A DNA stretch of 45,667 nucleotides, taken from NCBI GenBank assembly GCA_050699655.1, contig JBOHFJ010000001.1, positions 1 through 45,667 on the forward strand, in the 5' to 3' direction. Of this stretch, positions 33,325 through 44,293 are shown piece after piece. The notes beneath the pieces are model-generated. The model did no database searches and was not told the DNA's origin. It saw nothing but the letters and a program-made list of their open reading frames with translations. The DNA is from Pseudonocardiaceae bacterium. Lineage in GTDB: Bacteria; Actinomycetota; Actinomycetes; Mycobacteriales; Pseudonocardiaceae. The translations under genes and the position numbers were made by a program. Positions within the stretch are counted from its first letter, which is position 1. Every line of letters begins with the position of its first letter.

Positions 33325-36300
33325 TTGCGCGGCACAGGGGACATGGGCGGGTGTGTGGTCAGAATGTGCTTGAGTCACTGGGTGAAGCGTTTTATCACCC
33401 AGCCAGAGTCCTCTAGGCCCGTTGGTCGGACGCCGACAACGCCGGAGAGTTTTGTTCATAAAGAGACCTGTTTGTCCCCATTGAGCATGGAGCGGCTGCA
33501 CGCGGCGGCCAACCGGACTGGAGCGCATTGGCGCCACATCGCGATCGCAGCAGCGGCGGTCTATGCGCACCGCCTCACGGGCATGCGGGACGTGGTCGTC
33601 GGTTTACCAGTCACGGCCCGTCAGGATTTCGCGTTGAGACGGGTACCGGACATGGTGTCAGACATCTTACCACTACGGCTATCTGTACGACCGGACATGA
33701 CCACGTCCGACCTCCTGGGACACGTGGCGACAGAAGTCCGCGAGGCGGTAAGGAACCAACGCTACCGGCGCGAGGGTCCCCATCAGGACCCTGGCCTACC
33801 TGACCACATCAGAACATCTTTTACCCCAGTAATCAATATCTTTTTTTTGGACCATGGTCTGCATTTCGCCGAGCACCTCGCCGCGGTGCGCCATCCTTCT
33901 TCTGGGCTGATCAGCGACCTGTCCGTTGTTGTGCGGGACGGGCCAGCTGGCCCAGGATTGCAGGTCGGCTTGTACGCACACCAGGAAATCTGTGACACTG
34001 ACGATGTGGCCGCCCATCAACAACGTTTTATGAATTTGCTGGAAAAAATCACAGAAGCTGATCATGATCGGCCGGTCAGCCGTATCTCCATCCTGTCCAC
34101 CGAAGAACACAAACGACTGCTGGTCGACTACAACGACACTATCCATCCGGTTCCGGCCGCGAGCTTGCCCGCGTTGTTCGAGGCGCAGGTCGCTCGCACA
34201 CCAGATGCGGTGGCGGTGGTCTTCCGCGAGACCACGGTGACCTACGCGCAGTTGAACGCGCAAGCCAACCAGCTCGCGCACCTACTGATCACTCGGGGTG
34301 TGGGGCGGGAGAGCGCGGTGGCGTTGCTGCTGGAACGGTCGGTTGATCTGGTGGTGTCGATTCTGGCGGTGGTCAAGGCCGGGGGGACCTACGTGCCCCT
34401 AGACACCCGGTATCCGCTGACGCGGATGCGCATGGTTATGGAGGAGACCGGGGCGTCGGTGCTGGTGACCGACCAGGCGATGCGCGCTCGCGAATTCCCG
34501 CACAGCGCTCATGTCCTCGTCGTCGATGCTGATCCGTGTCGTGCGGAACAGCATCCTGGCGATCCGGGGGTTACCTGTGATCCTGAACAACTGGCCTATG
34601 TCATGTACACCTCGGGCTCGACCGGGACACCGAAAGGCATTGCGGTCACCCATCGTGACGTCGTCAGCTTTGCGTGGGACCCGTGTTGGCGCAGTGGGGC
34701 ACACGAGCGGGTGTTGGTGCATTCCCCGGCCGCGTTTGACCTGTCGACATACGAGCTGTGGGTGCCGTTGCTGAGCGGCGGGCGGCTCGTGGTGGCCCCA
34801 GCCGGAGAATTGGATCTCCACACGTTAGAGCGGGTGATCACCCAGAACAAGATCACAGGACTATGGCTGACGGCGGGCCTGTTCCACCTGGTGGCCGAGC
34901 AATGCCCCGGCTGTCTTACCGGTGTGCGCGAGGTGTGGACTGGAGGCGACGTGGTGTCGGTCGCCGCGGTACGGCGGGTGATGAAACGCTGCCCGCACAC
35001 GACGGTGGTCGACGGATATGGCCCGACTGAAACCACAACGTTCGTTACCTATCACGTGATGCGCCCGTCGTACCAGGTACAGCACACGGTGCCGATTGGT
35101 CAGCCGATGGCCAACACTCGGCTGTATGTGCTGGATGCCGGGTTACAGCCGGTGCCACCGGGGGTGGCGGGTGAGCTATATGTGGCTGGAGCGGGGCTGG
35201 CTCGTGGTTATGTGCACCGGCCAGGGCTGACTGTCACGCGGTTTGTGGCGAATCCGTTCGGTACGCCGGGCGAGCGGATGTATCGAACGGGGGACCTGGT
35301 CAGTTGGCGCCCGGATGGAAATTTGGAGTTTATTGGCCGGGCTGACGACCAAGTCAAGATCCGTGGTTTCCGGATCGAGCCTGGCGAGGTCGAGGCGGTG
35401 CTGGCTGACCACCCTGAGGTCGCGCAGGCCGCAGTCGTCACCCGTCAAGACCGGCCGGATGAGAAATGGCTGGTCGCCTATGTGGTGGCGGCCGGCGTCG
35501 GTTGTGACAAGGATATGGTGCGTGAGTTTCTGCGCCAGCGGCTACCGGAGTATCTGGTGCCCGCCGCGGTGGTCATGCTTGACACGTTGCCACTGACGCC
35601 GAACGGCAAGGTGGACCGGGCCGCGCTGCCCGCGCCGGAGTTCGAGTCGGCCAGCGCCGGTCGCGCACCGAGTACACCGCAAGAGCAAGTTTTGTGCGAG
35701 TTGTTCGCCGGGGTGCTGGGCTTGGCCCGAGTCGGTGTCGACGACGATTTCTTCGATCTTGGCGGACATTCGCTGCTGGCTACCCGTCTCATCGCACGGG
35801 TACGGGCCACATTAGGTGCCGAGCTGGAGCTGCGGGCACTGTTCGAGACGCCGACTCCGGCCGGTGTGGCCGCGCTTCTGGACGGCGCGGGGCCGGCTAG
35901 GCTGGCGTTAACACGTTGCGATCGCCCGGATATTGTGCCACTGTCGTTCGCACAACTCCGGTTGTGGTATTTGCATCAGATGGAAGGTCCCAGCGCCACC
36001 TATAACATCCCACTGGCGTTGCGCCTGACCGGTGAGTTGGATCGCCGGGCGTTGCAGGCCGCGTTGGGCGATGTGGTGGCCCGGCATGAGAGCCTGCGCA
36101 CGGTCTTCCCGGAAGCCCAGGATATGCCCTACCAGCGAGTCCTCGACGTCGATTCAGCCTGCCCGCCGCTGATGGTCACCCAGACTAGTGAGACCGAGTT
36201 GCCGCGGATGTTGGCTTCCGCGGCCCGGTACGGGTTCGACCTCGCTGTCGAGCCGCCGACGCGAGCCGAGTTGTTCGTGCTCTCACCCGACGAGCATGTG

Positions 36301-39300
36301 TTGCTGGTGCTGGTGCATCACATTGCTGGTGATGGCTGGTCACTGCATCCGCTGTCAGCCGACCTGACCCGGGCGTATGCGGCGCGGCGCCACGGTGAGC
36401 TGCCGGGGTGGGCGCCGTTGCCGGTGCAGTATGCCGACTACACGCTGTGGCAGCGCCGCCTGTTGGGTGATCAGGCTGATCCCGACAGCCTGTTCGCTGT
36501 TCAGATGGCTTATTGGACTCAGACGCTGGCCGGGTTGCCCGAGCAGCTGCGGTTGCCCACCGACCGGCCCCGCCCGGCAGTCGCCACCAACCGCGGCGAT
36601 CACCTGAATGTCCGGCTGGATCCGACGTTGCACCAAGGGCTGGTGGGTCTGGCCCGATGCAGCGGCGCCAGCCTGTTCATGGTCTTGCAGGCCGGGCTGG
36701 CCGCCCTGTTGTCCCGGCTCGGCGTCGGAAACGACATCCCCATAGGCAGCCCGATCGCCGGGCGGACCGATCAGGCGTTGGACGACCTGGTGGGGTTTTT
36801 CATCAACACTCTGGTTTTGCGCACCGACACCTCCGGGGATCCCACCTTCCGGCAGCTTCTGGCTCGGGTGCGGGAAACCGCGTTTGCCGCTTACGCACAC
36901 CAGGACGTGCCATTCGAGTATCTCGTCGAGGCTCTCAACCCGGCCCGGTCACTGGCCCACCACCCATTGTTTCAAATTGTGCTCGCCTTGCAAAACACCC
37001 CACAAGCCGATTTCGACCCGCCAGACCTGCGGGTCAACGCCGAGCCGGCACCGACCGGTACCGCCAAGTTCGACCTGAGCATTATCCTGTGGGAGCGGCG
37101 TGGTGCGGACGGCAGCCCCGAGGGCATCGACGGGTTCTTTGAGTACGCCAGGGATCTGTTCGACGTCGACTCGGTTGAGATGCTTTTCGAGCGGTGGGTG
37201 CGGTTTTTGCAAGTGGCGGTCACTGATCCGGATCAGCCAATCAGCGGGATCAACCTGCTCACCAGCGAGGAACACGCCCGGTTGCTAGCCGGCCACAACA
37301 ACACCACCCACTCAAGCCCCCCAACCAGCCTGCCCACGTTGTTCGAGGCTCAGGTCGCTCGGACACCAGATGCGGTAGCGGTGGTATGCGGCGATGTCAC
37401 GTTGTCCTACGCTCAGCTCAACACTCGCGCGAATCGGCTCGCGCATGCGTTGATCGCTCGTGGGGTGGGTCCGGAGCGGATCGTGGCGTTGGCGTTGCCT
37501 CGCTCGGCTGAGATGGTGGTCTCGATCCTGGCGGTGCTCAAGGCGGGTGCGGCTTATCTGCCCCTGGACGTGGATTACCCGGTAGCGCGGATCGTTTTCA
37601 TGCTCGGTGACGCGCAGCCGGTGTTGTTGCTGGTCAGCGAGGGGAATGCGGCGTGTGTGCCCGAGGATGCCGGCACGCCCCGGTTGGTGGTTGACGATCC
37701 CGGCACCGTGGTGGTGCTGGAGCGTTGTCCCGTCACCGATCCGACCGATCGCGAGCGCGTCACGGCGCTGCGGCCGGAGCATCCGGCGTATGTGATCTAC
37801 ACTTCGGGTTCCACGGGAGTGCCCAAGGGTGTGGTGGTCTGCCACGTCGGCGTGTCCGGCTTGGCTGCGACGCAGGTTGAGCGGTTCGGGCTCGATACAC
37901 ACAGCCGGGTGCTGCAGTTCGCCTCGCCGAGTTTCGACGCCTCGGTGATGGAGTTGTTGATGGCGTTCGCGGCGGGGGCCGCTCTGGTCGTTCCCGCCGG
38001 GGACCCGCTGGCGGGCGCGGCGCTGGTCGAGGTGCTGGCCGCGCGGGGTGTCAGCCACGCCGTGATCCCGCCGGCGGCTCTGATGGGTGTGCCGCCGGTC
38101 GGCGCAACGGGCTTGCGGACGCTGGTCGTGGGGGGTGAGGCGTGCCCGGCGGAGCTGGTCGAGACCTGGTCGCAGGGCCGGCGGATGATCAACGCCTATG
38201 GTCTCACCGAGACCACGGCGTGCGCCACCATGAGCGCTCCGCTGTCGGGCGCGGCGCGGATGCCGCCACCGATCGGCCGGCCGGTCACCAACACCCGGGT
38301 GTATGTGCTGGATGCCGGTTTGCGGCCGGCGCCCCCCGGTGTAGTGGGGGAGGTGTACGTGGCCGGGGCGGGGCTGGCGCGGGGTTATCTGCGCCGGGCG
38401 GGGCTAACCGCGCGGCGGTTCGTGGCGGATCCGTTCGGTGCGCTGGGGGCCCGGATGTACCGGACGGGGGACCTGGCCCGGTGGAACCCCGAGGGGGACC
38501 TGGAGTTCGCGAGCCGCGCGGATGATCAGGTCAAGGTCCGCGGTTTCCGGATCGAGCCGGGCGAGATCGAAACCGCGCTCACCGACCATCCCGACGTCGC
38601 GCAAGCCGCCGTCATCACCCGACAAGACCGACCCGACGACAAACGGCTGGTCGCCTACGTGGTGGCAGGCGCTGGCGGGGCCCGTGACGGACAGGCGGAA
38701 CAGGACCAGGTCGATGAGTGGCACCAGCTGTACGACTCGCTGTACGCGACGTCGGACTCGACGGTGTTCGGGGAGGACTTCGTCGGGTGGAACAGCAGCT
38801 ACGACGGTCAACCGATCCCCCTGACGCAGATGCGGGACTGGCGCGAGCGGACCGTCGCTCGGATCCTGGCACTGCACCCCCGACGGGTGCTGGAGGTCGG
38901 CGTCGGCACCGGGCTGCTGCTGTCCCAGCTTGCGCCGCGGTGTGAGTCCTACTGGGCCACCGACTTCTCGGCCCCCGTGATCGACGCCCTGACCGGTCAG
39001 CTCAGCCGGCATCCCGAGCTGGCCGACCGGGTGGTGCTGCGCGCCCAGCCCGCGCACGACACCACCGGGCTGCCCCTCAAGCTGTTCGACACCGTGATCC
39101 TCAACTCCGTGGTCCAATACTTTCCCCACGCCGAATACCTGCTCGACGTGCTGACCCGCATGATGGGACTGGTCGCCCCTGGCGGGAGAGTGTTCCTCGG
39201 CGATGTCCGCAACCCCCGGTTGCTGCGGGCCTTGGTCACGGCGGTTGCGCTGCACCGGGCCGAGGACCCAACCGACACCCAGACGCTGCGCCGGGCGGTC

Positions 39301-41472
39301 GAGCACGCCCTCCGTGGGGAAAAAGAACTGCTGGTCGACCCCGAGTTCTTCGCCGCACTGCACGACCGCGTCGCTGACCTCGGCGGGGTGGACATCCAGA
39401 TCAAACGCGGCCGGCATCACAACGAGTTGACCCGCTACCGCTATGACGTCGTGCTGCACAAACACCCGATCACCCCGCTACCGCTGGGCCAGGCCCCCCA
39501 GTTGGACTGGGCCCGCCAGGTTGGTGGGCTACCGGGGCTGAGCGAGCATCTGGCCGCCCAGCGCCCGGCACGGCTGCGTGTCACCGGTGTGCCCAACAAC
39601 CGGGTAACCCACGAGGCCGCCCTCGCGCACGCATTACAGGCCGGCAATCCCCTGACCGAGCTGTTGGAGCACCCGCACAACCCCAGCGGACCCGCCAGCC
39701 CGGAGGCGCTCGACCCCGAGGTGTTTTACGAACTCGGGCAGCGGTACGGCTACTGGGTGGCCCTCACCTGGTCAGCGACCGCGCCCGACGCCCTGGACAT
39801 CGTGTTCGCCGACGCGATCCAGACGACGTCGGCCGTTCCCGTCGACCTCTACACCCCCGCCAGCGCACCGGGGACGCCGCTGTCATCCCCGCTGTCACCA
39901 TGGACCAACAATCCCATGGCTGGGCCTGGAACGGGCACACTGACCGCCTCGCTGCGCGATTACCTGCGCCAGCGGCTGCCTGAGTACATGGTGCCCGCCG
40001 CGGTGGTGGTGTTGGATTCGTTCCCCTTGACGCCGAATGGAAAACTGGACCGCAAGGCCCTGCCCCCACCCGAATGTGACCGGGCCAGCACCGGCCGCGC
40101 ACCGAGAACACCACACGAGCAGCTCTTGTGCGAGCTGTTCGCCGACGTGTTGGGCGTGACCGGAGTCGGCATCGACGACGACTTCTTCGACCTCGGTGGA
40201 CACTCACTGCTCGCGACCCGCCTGGTCGCCCGGATACGCGCCACCCTCGGGAGCGAGCTCGGTGTCGAGGTGCCGCTCCGGGCGTTCCTGGACCAGCCCA
40301 CCGTCGCCGGGCTGTCTCGCGCGATCTCCCAGGCGCTGGACGCCAGGAGCCCGGTCGCCGCACCGGCGAACCCCGGCTGCGACAACGGCGCCGTCTCCGC
40401 CGAACAGGACGCCCAGCTGGCTCCTGATCTCGTGTTCCACTCAACGCCACCCACGGAGGAGACGCCCCGCCTGATCCTGCTCACCGGAGCCACGGGATTC
40501 GTCGGCGCGTTCCTGCTGGCCGCCCTCCTGCGGCAGACCGACGCCACCGTGCACTGCCTGGTGCGAGCCGCGCACGACGCGGCCGCCGACGAGCGGCTCC
40601 GCGCCGCGCTGCACCGGTTCAGGCTCGGCTACGACCCCGACCGCATCGTCGCGGTGCCAGCCGACCTGTCCCTACCCTCGCTCGGTATGGCCCCGCACCG
40701 GCTCGAGCGACTCGCCCGCCAGGCCGATACCATCGTCCACTGTGGAGCATCGGTCAACTCGATGCGCGGGTACCGGCACCTGCGCGTGACCAACGTGTTC
40801 GGCACCCACGAGCTGCTCCGCCTAGCCGCCGAGTGCGACATCCGCGTCTTCCACTACATCTCCTCAGCAAGCGCCGCCCAGCCGGGTGACGCCGGATACG
40901 GCTTGAGCAAGTGGGCTGCCGAACAGCTGGTCATGGCGGCGGCGCGGCGCGGGCTCACCGCGTCGGTGTATCGCCTACCGCGTGTCTTGGGGGCATCGGA
41001 CTCGGGCGTCTGGAACGAGTCGGACACGATGGCACGCATGATCCGAGGCAGCATCGCGCTCGGCGCGTTCCCCGCGCTCGGCACGCGTCTGGACGAGGTC
41101 TGGGTACCGGTCGACGCGGTGTCTGAGATCATCAGTGGCTTTGTGCACCGCTCGCGCGAACCGGCCGGACTGAGCATGTTGACCGGTGCCCCGGTCAAGT
41201 ACGCGGACGTCCTGGCCTGGACCCGCTCGTTCGGATACCGCTTCGAGATCCTCCCGGCGACAGACTGGTTGAGCAGCGTGGCGGAGGACCCGCGCAATCC
41301 CGCCCACCTGGTGGCCGACGAGGTGATCAACACCTCCGGCTCCTCGGCCGCGGACCGGCCGACCGATACCGTCGAAGCCGTTCCGGCGCCATCGGTGTCA
41401 CAGCACATGTTCCATCGGATCCTGCAGCGGATGATCCAGGACGGCTTGCTCCCGGCGCCAACGGGCAGGTAA
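33325..41472 (+). CDS. Dimodular NRPS: (truncated C)-A1-T1-C2-A2(interrupted by a methyltransferase)-T2-R
   Basis: A single 2715-aa ORF; domain motifs are listed in the sub-features. The start is uncertain: TTG 33325 (AGGAG 9 nt upstream), ATG 33343, ATG 33364 or ATG 33487. Confidence 0.95.
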   Translation: MRGTGDMGGCVVRMCLSHWVKRFITQPESSRPVGRTPTTPESFVHKETCLSPLSMERLHAAANRTGAHWRHIAIAAAAVYAHRLTGMRDVVVGLPVTARQDFALRRVPDMVSDILPLRLSVRPDMTTSDLLGHVATEVREAVRNQRYRREGPHQDPGLPDHIRTSFTPVINIFFLDHGLHFAEHLAAVRHPSSGLISDLSVVVRDGPAGPGLQVGLYAHQEICDTDDVAAHQQRFMNLLEKITEADHDRPVSRISILSTEEHKRLLVDYNDTIHPVPAASLPALFEAQVARTPDAVAVVFRETTVTYAQLNAQANQLAHLLITRGVGRESAVALLLERSVDLVVSILAVVKAGGTYVPLDTRYPLTRMRMVMEETGASVLVTDQAMRAREFPHSAHVLVVDADPCRAEQHPGDPGVTCDPEQLAYVMYTSGSTGTPKGIAVTHRDVVSFAWDPCWRSGAHERVLVHSPAAFDLSTYELWVPLLSGGRLVVAPAGELDLHTLERVITQNKITGLWLTAGLFHLVAEQCPGCLTGVREVWTGGDVVSVAAVRRVMKRCPHTTVVDGYGPTETTTFVTYHVMRPSYQVQHTVPIGQPMANTRLYVLDAGLQPVPPGVAGELYVAGAGLARGYVHRPGLTVTRFVANPFGTPGERMYRTGDLVSWRPDGNLEFIGRADDQVKIRGFRIEPGEVEAVLADHPEVAQAAVVTRQDRPDEKWLVAYVVAAGVGCDKDMVREFLRQRLPEYLVPAAVVMLDTLPLTPNGKVDRAALPAPEFESASAGRAPSTPQEQVLCELFAGVLGLARVGVDDDFFDLGGHSLLATRLIARVRATLGAELELRALFETPTPAGVAALLDGAGPARLALTRCDRPDIVPLSFAQLRLWYLHQMEGPSATYNIPLALRLTGELDRRALQAALGDVVARHESLRTVFPEAQDMPYQRVLDVDSACPPLMVTQTSETELPRMLASAARYGFDLAVEPPTRAELFVLSPDEHVLLVLVHHIAGDGWSLHPLSADLTRAYAARRHGELPGWAPLPVQYADYTLWQRRLLGDQADPDSLFAVQMAYWTQTLAGLPEQLRLPTDRPRPAVATNRGDHLNVRLDPTLHQGLVGLARCSGASLFMVLQAGLAALLSRLGVGNDIPIGSPIAGRTDQALDDLVGFFINTLVLRTDTSGDPTFRQLLARVRETAFAAYAHQDVPFEYLVEALNPARSLAHHPLFQIVLALQNTPQADFDPPDLRVNAEPAPTGTAKFDLSIILWERRGADGSPEGIDGFFEYARDLFDVDSVEMLFERWVRFLQVAVTDPDQPISGINLLTSEEHARLLAGHNNTTHSSPPTSLPTLFEAQVARTPDAVAVVCGDVTLSYAQLNTRANRLAHALIARGVGPERIVALALPRSAEMVVSILAVLKAGAAYLPLDVDYPVARIVFMLGDAQPVLLLVSEGNAACVPEDAGTPRLVVDDPGTVVVLERCPVTDPTDRERVTALRPEHPAYVIYTSGSTGVPKGVVVCHVGVSGLAATQVERFGLDTHSRVLQFASPSFDASVMELLMAFAAGAALVVPAGDPLAGAALVEVLAARGVSHAVIPPAALMGVPPVGATGLRTLVVGGEACPAELVETWSQGRRMINAYGLTETTACATMSAPLSGAARMPPPIGRPVTNTRVYVLDAGLRPAPPGVVGEVYVAGAGLARGYLRRAGLTARRFVADPFGALGARMYRTGDLARWNPEGDLEFASRADDQVKVRGFRIEPGEIETALTDHPDVAQAAVITRQDRPDDKRLVAYVVAGAGGARDGQAEQDQVDEWHQLYDSLYATSDSTVFGEDFVGWNSSYDGQPIPLTQMRDWRERTVARILALHPRRVLEVGVGTGLLLSQLAPRCESYWATDFSAPVIDALTGQLSRHPELADRVVLRAQPAHDTTGLPLKLFDTVILNSVVQYFPHAEYLLDVLTRMMGLVAPGGRVFLGDVRNPRLLRALVTAVALHRAEDPTDTQTLRRAVEHALRGEKELLVDPEFFAALHDRVADLGGVDIQIKRGRHHNELTRYRYDVVLHKHPITPLPLGQAPQLDWARQVGGLPGLSEHLAAQRPARLRVTGVPNNRVTHEAALAHALQAGNPLTELLEHPHNPSGPASPEALDPEVFYELGQRYGYWVALTWSATAPDALDIVFADAIQTTSAVPVDLYTPASAPGTPLSSPLSPWTNNPMAGPGTGTLTASLRDYLRQRLPEYMVPAAVVVLDSFPLTPNGKLDRKALPPPECDRASTGRAPRTPHEQLLCELFADVLGVTGVGIDDDFFDLGGHSLLATRLVARIRATLGSELGVEVPLRAFLDQPTVAGLSRAISQALDARSPVAAPANPGCDNGAVSAEQDAQLAPDLVFHSTPPTEETPRLILLTGATGFVGAFLLAALLRQTDATVHCLVRAAHDAAADERLRAALHRFRLGYDPDRIVAVPADLSLPSLGMAPHRLERLARQADTIVHCGASVNSMRGYRHLRVTNVFGTHELLRLAAECDIRVFHYISSASAAQPGDAGYGLSKWAAEQLVMAAARRGLTASVYRLPRVLGASDSGVWNESDTMARMIRGSIALGAFPALGTRLDEVWVPVDAVSEIISGFVHRSREPAGLSMLTGAPVKYADVLAWTRSFGYRFEILPATDWLSSVAEDPRNPAHLVADEVINTSGSSAADRPTDTVEAVPAPSVSQHMFHRILQRMIQDGLLPAPTGR
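33460..34100 (+). other. NRPS N-terminal condensation-domain remnant (C-terminal subdomain only; no HHxxxDG)
   Basis: [42 protein letters not shown] resembles the post-His-motif part of a C domain. The C5-C7-like motifs are degenerate ([16 protein letters not shown]). No HHxxxDG occurs anywhere upstream of A1. Confidence 0.6.
34165..35625 (+). other. NRPS adenylation domain A1
   Basis: [105 protein letters not shown]. Confidence 0.9.
35677..35880 (+). other. NRPS thiolation (PCP) domain T1
   Basis: [17 protein letters not shown]; the phosphopantetheinyl Ser codon is at 35770-35772. Confidence 0.9.
35932..37250 (+). other. NRPS condensation domain C2 (intact)
   Basis: [23 protein letters not shown] (His motif, about 36314-36340), [27 protein letters not shown]. 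Confidence 0.9.
37335..40055 (+). other. NRPS adenylation domain A2, interrupted by an embedded methyltransferase
   Basis: [94 protein letters not shown] ... (MT insert) ... [10 protein letters not shown]. Confidence 0.9.
38690..39900 (+). other. Embedded SAM-dependent methyltransferase (M) domain between the late A2 core motifs
   Basis: [11 protein letters not shown]...[14 protein letters not shown]...MRDWRERT and the SAM motif [11 protein letters not shown] (about 38887-38920). The context looks like NRPS N-methyltransferase inserts, but the methylation type was not determined. Confidence 0.8.
40108..40340 (+). other. NRPS thiolation (PCP) domain T2
   Basis: [26 protein letters not shown]; Ser codon at 40204-40206. 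Confidence 0.9.
40465..41469 (+). other. NRPS terminal thioester reductase (R) domain
   Basis: [14 protein letters not shown] (NAD(P)H-binding TGxxGxxG), VHCLVRA, and [10 protein letters not shown] (YxxxK). Confidence 0.9.
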
Positions 41473-41490
41473 CGGCGCGCGCCGCACAAC

Positions 41491-43761
41491 TCAGTCGAGG
41501 GTGGCTCGCTCGGCGGCGGCTTCAGCGTCCAGACGAGCGCCGAGGCGGGCGAAGCAAGCATGGGCGTTTGCCCGCTCCAGCCGGGCCGCTTCGGGTTGGC
41601 CCACTCGGTCCAGCGCGGTGGCCAGCAGCACCCGGGCGCGGGCGCTCTCGTAGGGCGATCCGGCTTCGCGCCACAGCTCAACACCCCGGCGCAACGGTCG
41701 CAGCGGGTCGCCCTCGCCGGTGGCCAACGCCAGCTCACCGCGAGCGCACTCAGCCGCCGCGAGCAGCGCCTTGCTGCCATAGATCCGTGCTGACTCAGCC
41801 AGCTCAGCCGCGGCGGCACGGGCCGTATCGAGATCGTCGACAGCCAGCGCGATACTCACCTGATCGGGAAGTAGTCGAGTGCGGCCCAAGCGGTCCCAGC
41901 CCTCGCCCACCAGCGGCGCGTTGATCAACGCGGCGGCCTCAGCGGGGCGGCCGCGCAGCAGTCGCAGCCGGGCCAGACCGGGCAGCGGGCTGGCCCCTAG
42001 CTCCTCAGCCTTGGCGAAGGCCGCCTCGGCGCTGGCCAGGTCACCGAACCGCAGCCGGATCTCACCAATGCTGGCAATGGCAAGGCCGGCGTGGACCAGG
42101 TCAAAGCACTGCATGCTGACGCAGCCCCGGCGGGCCTCCTGCTCGGCCAGCGCCCAGGCACCGCGGCTGATCATGAGCTCGATGCCGTGGATCTCGCAGT
42201 CGCCAGGGAGCCTGGCCAGCCCGGTGCCCGCGAAGCGGTCCTCAATGGCCTCGGTCCACTCTTCGGCACGGCGGTAGTCACCCAGCTCGTAGCAGGTGAG
42301 GATGGTCCGGCAGAAGACGTCCATAGTATCGATCTTCGGGAGTTCCCCGCCGACGGCCATCGCCATTCCCTCGTCCAGCAGGGCCAGCCCCGCCTCGACC
42401 CGCCCGCAGTGGATGAGCAGTGAGCCCTCGAACGCCATCCCCATGGCCTGTAGCCCGGCGATGCCGTGTCGCACGCCCGCCTTATAGGTTGACCGGGCGG
42501 CGGCCAGGGCAGCCTTATGGTCACCGCTGCCCCACGCGAGGTAAGCGCTCACCCAGGACAGGTAGCCGTGCTCGGCGCAGTCGGGTTCCTGCTCGAGCAA
42601 CCGCTGGGCGCGCTGATACCAACCACTGGCCACCGCGGACTGCCGGCGACATGAGTAGAACAACCAGAGCATGACCGCGGCCAGCGCGGCCCGGCGGTGC
42701 TCGCCTGCCTGCAGGAAAGCGTAGTGCGCGCGCTGCCTGGCAGGCAGCGACTCCCGGTAACGCCCCAGCCAGAACGCCGCCTCAGCCAGTCCGTCGATGT
42801 CCTCCGCGACCAGCGGCGCCGCCTGGTCGGCGGCGGAGAACAGCTCGTAGGCACGCCGCCAGTCGCGTGCGGCCAACGCGGCGCGGGCCGCTGGCAGCCT
42901 TTCCTCCGGTGCTGGCAGCCTTTCCTCCGGTGCTGGCGGCCTTTCCTCCGGTGCTGGCGGCACCGCCGTCGTGAGCGAGCGCTGTGGTTGCGGCGGGCGC
43001 CAGTCCAGATCGGTGCGCTGCGCGAGCACCGCCTCCTGGAGCCGGACCAGCTCCGGGCTCGGGTCGATGCCAAGCTGCTCGGCGAGCTGCTCCCGCAGCC
43101 GCGCGTAGGCTCCCAGTGCCTCGCCTTGGCGCCCGCAGCGGTACAGCGCCCGGATGAGCTGGGCCCACAGCCGCTCCCGCAGCGGCAGCTCGAGCACCGC
43201 CTGGCTCAACTCGCCGCACAACGCCGCATGCCGCCCCAACGCGAGGTCAGCCTCCACCCGATCTTCCACCGCGGCGACGCGCAGCTCAGTCAGCCGGACG
43301 ATCTCGGCTTGGGCGAAGAGCTCGACACTGAACTCGGCCAGCGGCTCACCGCGCCACAGCGCCAGCGCACCGCGCAGGGTTTCGGCCGCCCGCACCGGAT
43401 CGGAGGACAGCGCGTCATGGCCATCCCGGGCCAACCGCTCGAACCGCACGGCGTCAACCGCCTCGGGGGTAACGCTCAGCACATACCCGGGACCGTGAGT
43501 CCGAAGCATGCCATTCTTGGCTCGCGGAACACGATCGGGCTCAAGTGCCCTGCGCAAGTGGGACACGTAGGTCTGCACCGTGTTCGCGGCGGTGGCCGGC
43601 GGCTCGGTGCCCCAGAGCACCTCGGCCAGCCGGTCAGCCGAGACCACCTTGTTGGCGTGCACCACGAGCACGGCCAGCAACAACCGCTCCTTGGCGCTGG
43701 AGACCTCGACCCGACGGTGCTGATCTAGCACCTCCAGCGGACCGAGAATCGCGAACTCCAC
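41491..43761 (-). CDS. SARP-family regulator (wHTH + BTAD + TPR-like), paralogue 2
   Basis: Collinear with 30797..33055 and roughly four-fifths identical by eye. GTG 43761 follows GGGGGGAAAG. The gene is convergent with the NRPS, with 18 nt between the two stops. Confidence 0.85.
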   Translation of the reverse strand: MEFAILGPLEVLDQHRRVEVSSAKERLLLAVLVVHANKVVSADRLAEVLWGTEPPATAANTVQTYVSHLRRALEPDRVPRAKNGMLRTHGPGYVLSVTPEAVDAVRFERLARDGHDALSSDPVRAAETLRGALALWRGEPLAEFSVELFAQAEIVRLTELRVAAVEDRVEADLALGRHAALCGELSQAVLELPLRERLWAQLIRALYRCGRQGEALGAYARLREQLAEQLGIDPSPELVRLQEAVLAQRTDLDWRPPQPQRSLTTAVPPAPEERPPAPEERLPAPEERLPAARAALAARDWRRAYELFSAADQAAPLVAEDIDGLAEAAFWLGRYRESLPARQRAHYAFLQAGEHRRAALAAVMLWLFYSCRRQSAVASGWYQRAQRLLEQEPDCAEHGYLSWVSAYLAWGSGDHKAALAAARSTYKAGVRHGIAGLQAMGMAFEGSLLIHCGRVEAGLALLDEGMAMAVGGELPKIDTMDVFCRTILTCYELGDYRRAEEWTEAIEDRFAGTGLARLPGDCEIHGIELMISRGAWALAEQEARRGCVSMQCFDLVHAGLAIASIGEIRLRFGDLASAEAAFAKAEELGASPLPGLARLRLLRGRPAEAAALINAPLVGEGWDRLGRTRLLPDQVSIALAVDDLDTARAAAAELAESARIYGSKALLAAAECARGELALATGEGDPLRPLRRGVELWREAGSPYESARARVLLATALDRVGQPEAARLERANAHACFARLGARLDAEAAAERATLD
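41700..41862. repeat. 163-nt tract identical to 31027-31189
   Basis: See the paired feature; aligned by eye. Confidence 0.85.
42890..42962. repeat. 21-nt tandem repeat, about 3.4 copies (GCTGGCAGCCTTTCCTCCGGT), inside SARP paralogue 2
   Basis: Units at 42890-42910, 42911-42931 and 42932-42952 (the third with one A>G change), plus a partial fourth. They encode PAPEERP/PAPEERL/PAPEERL. Paralogue 1 has a single related copy. Confidence 0.9.
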
Positions 43762-43951
43762 AGCTTTCCCCCCGGCCTGTTCCCCTAGCGCTTCAGTCGT
43801 TCTCCAGTGGCCCTGGACACACTTCGCAGCACAGGCTACCCAGGACACGGGAGCGACAATGGCCGAGAGCGTAGACGTCACGAGTGGCTGGTTAAACGCC
43901 TGTCCATCCTCGGCACACAACAATCATTCCCCAGGGGGGTGGCGCTGTCCG

Positions 43952-44287
43952 ATGAGTCACGCCGCACCTGCCGCCCGGGCGATCACAATCACCGCCGCGT
44001 TGGCTGATCTGGACCTGCGCTCCAATGATCGCGTACTGATCATGCTAGCCGATGGGGTCGGCTTCGTCGAGGCCTTCGTCGACGTCACCCGGTGGGGCGC
44101 GGTGCCACTGTCGGTGAATCCTCGGCTGGCAGCGGCCGACGTCGCGGCGATCGCCGCCAAGACAGGTGCTCGGCTGCTGCTGACTTCGACGAAACGGCTC
44201 CAGCACCTGGCCGAGCTGGACGCCGGGCCACCGGTCCTGGTGGATGGGCGTCGGGGCCTCTGGGCCATCCCGCTGCACCCACGCTGA
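43952..44287 (+). pseudogene. N-terminal stub (111 aa) of an AMP-dependent synthetase/ligase
   Basis: ITITAALADLDLRSNDRVLIMLADGVGFVEAFVDVTRWGAVPLSVNPRLAAADVAAIAAKTGARLLLTS matches the N-terminal subdomain of acyl/aryl-CoA ligases. The ORF stops before any TSGTTG/AMP-binding motif. Confidence 0.6.
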
Positions 44288-44293
44288 GCGGGT

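Noticed and set aside
41473-41484. The 12-nt GC palindrome CGGCGCGCGCCG between the NRPS stop and the SARP2 stop
   Set aside because: It is too short and leaves no loop for a stable terminator hairpin. It is probably a compositional coincidence. I recorded only the much stronger hairpin at 44294-44332.
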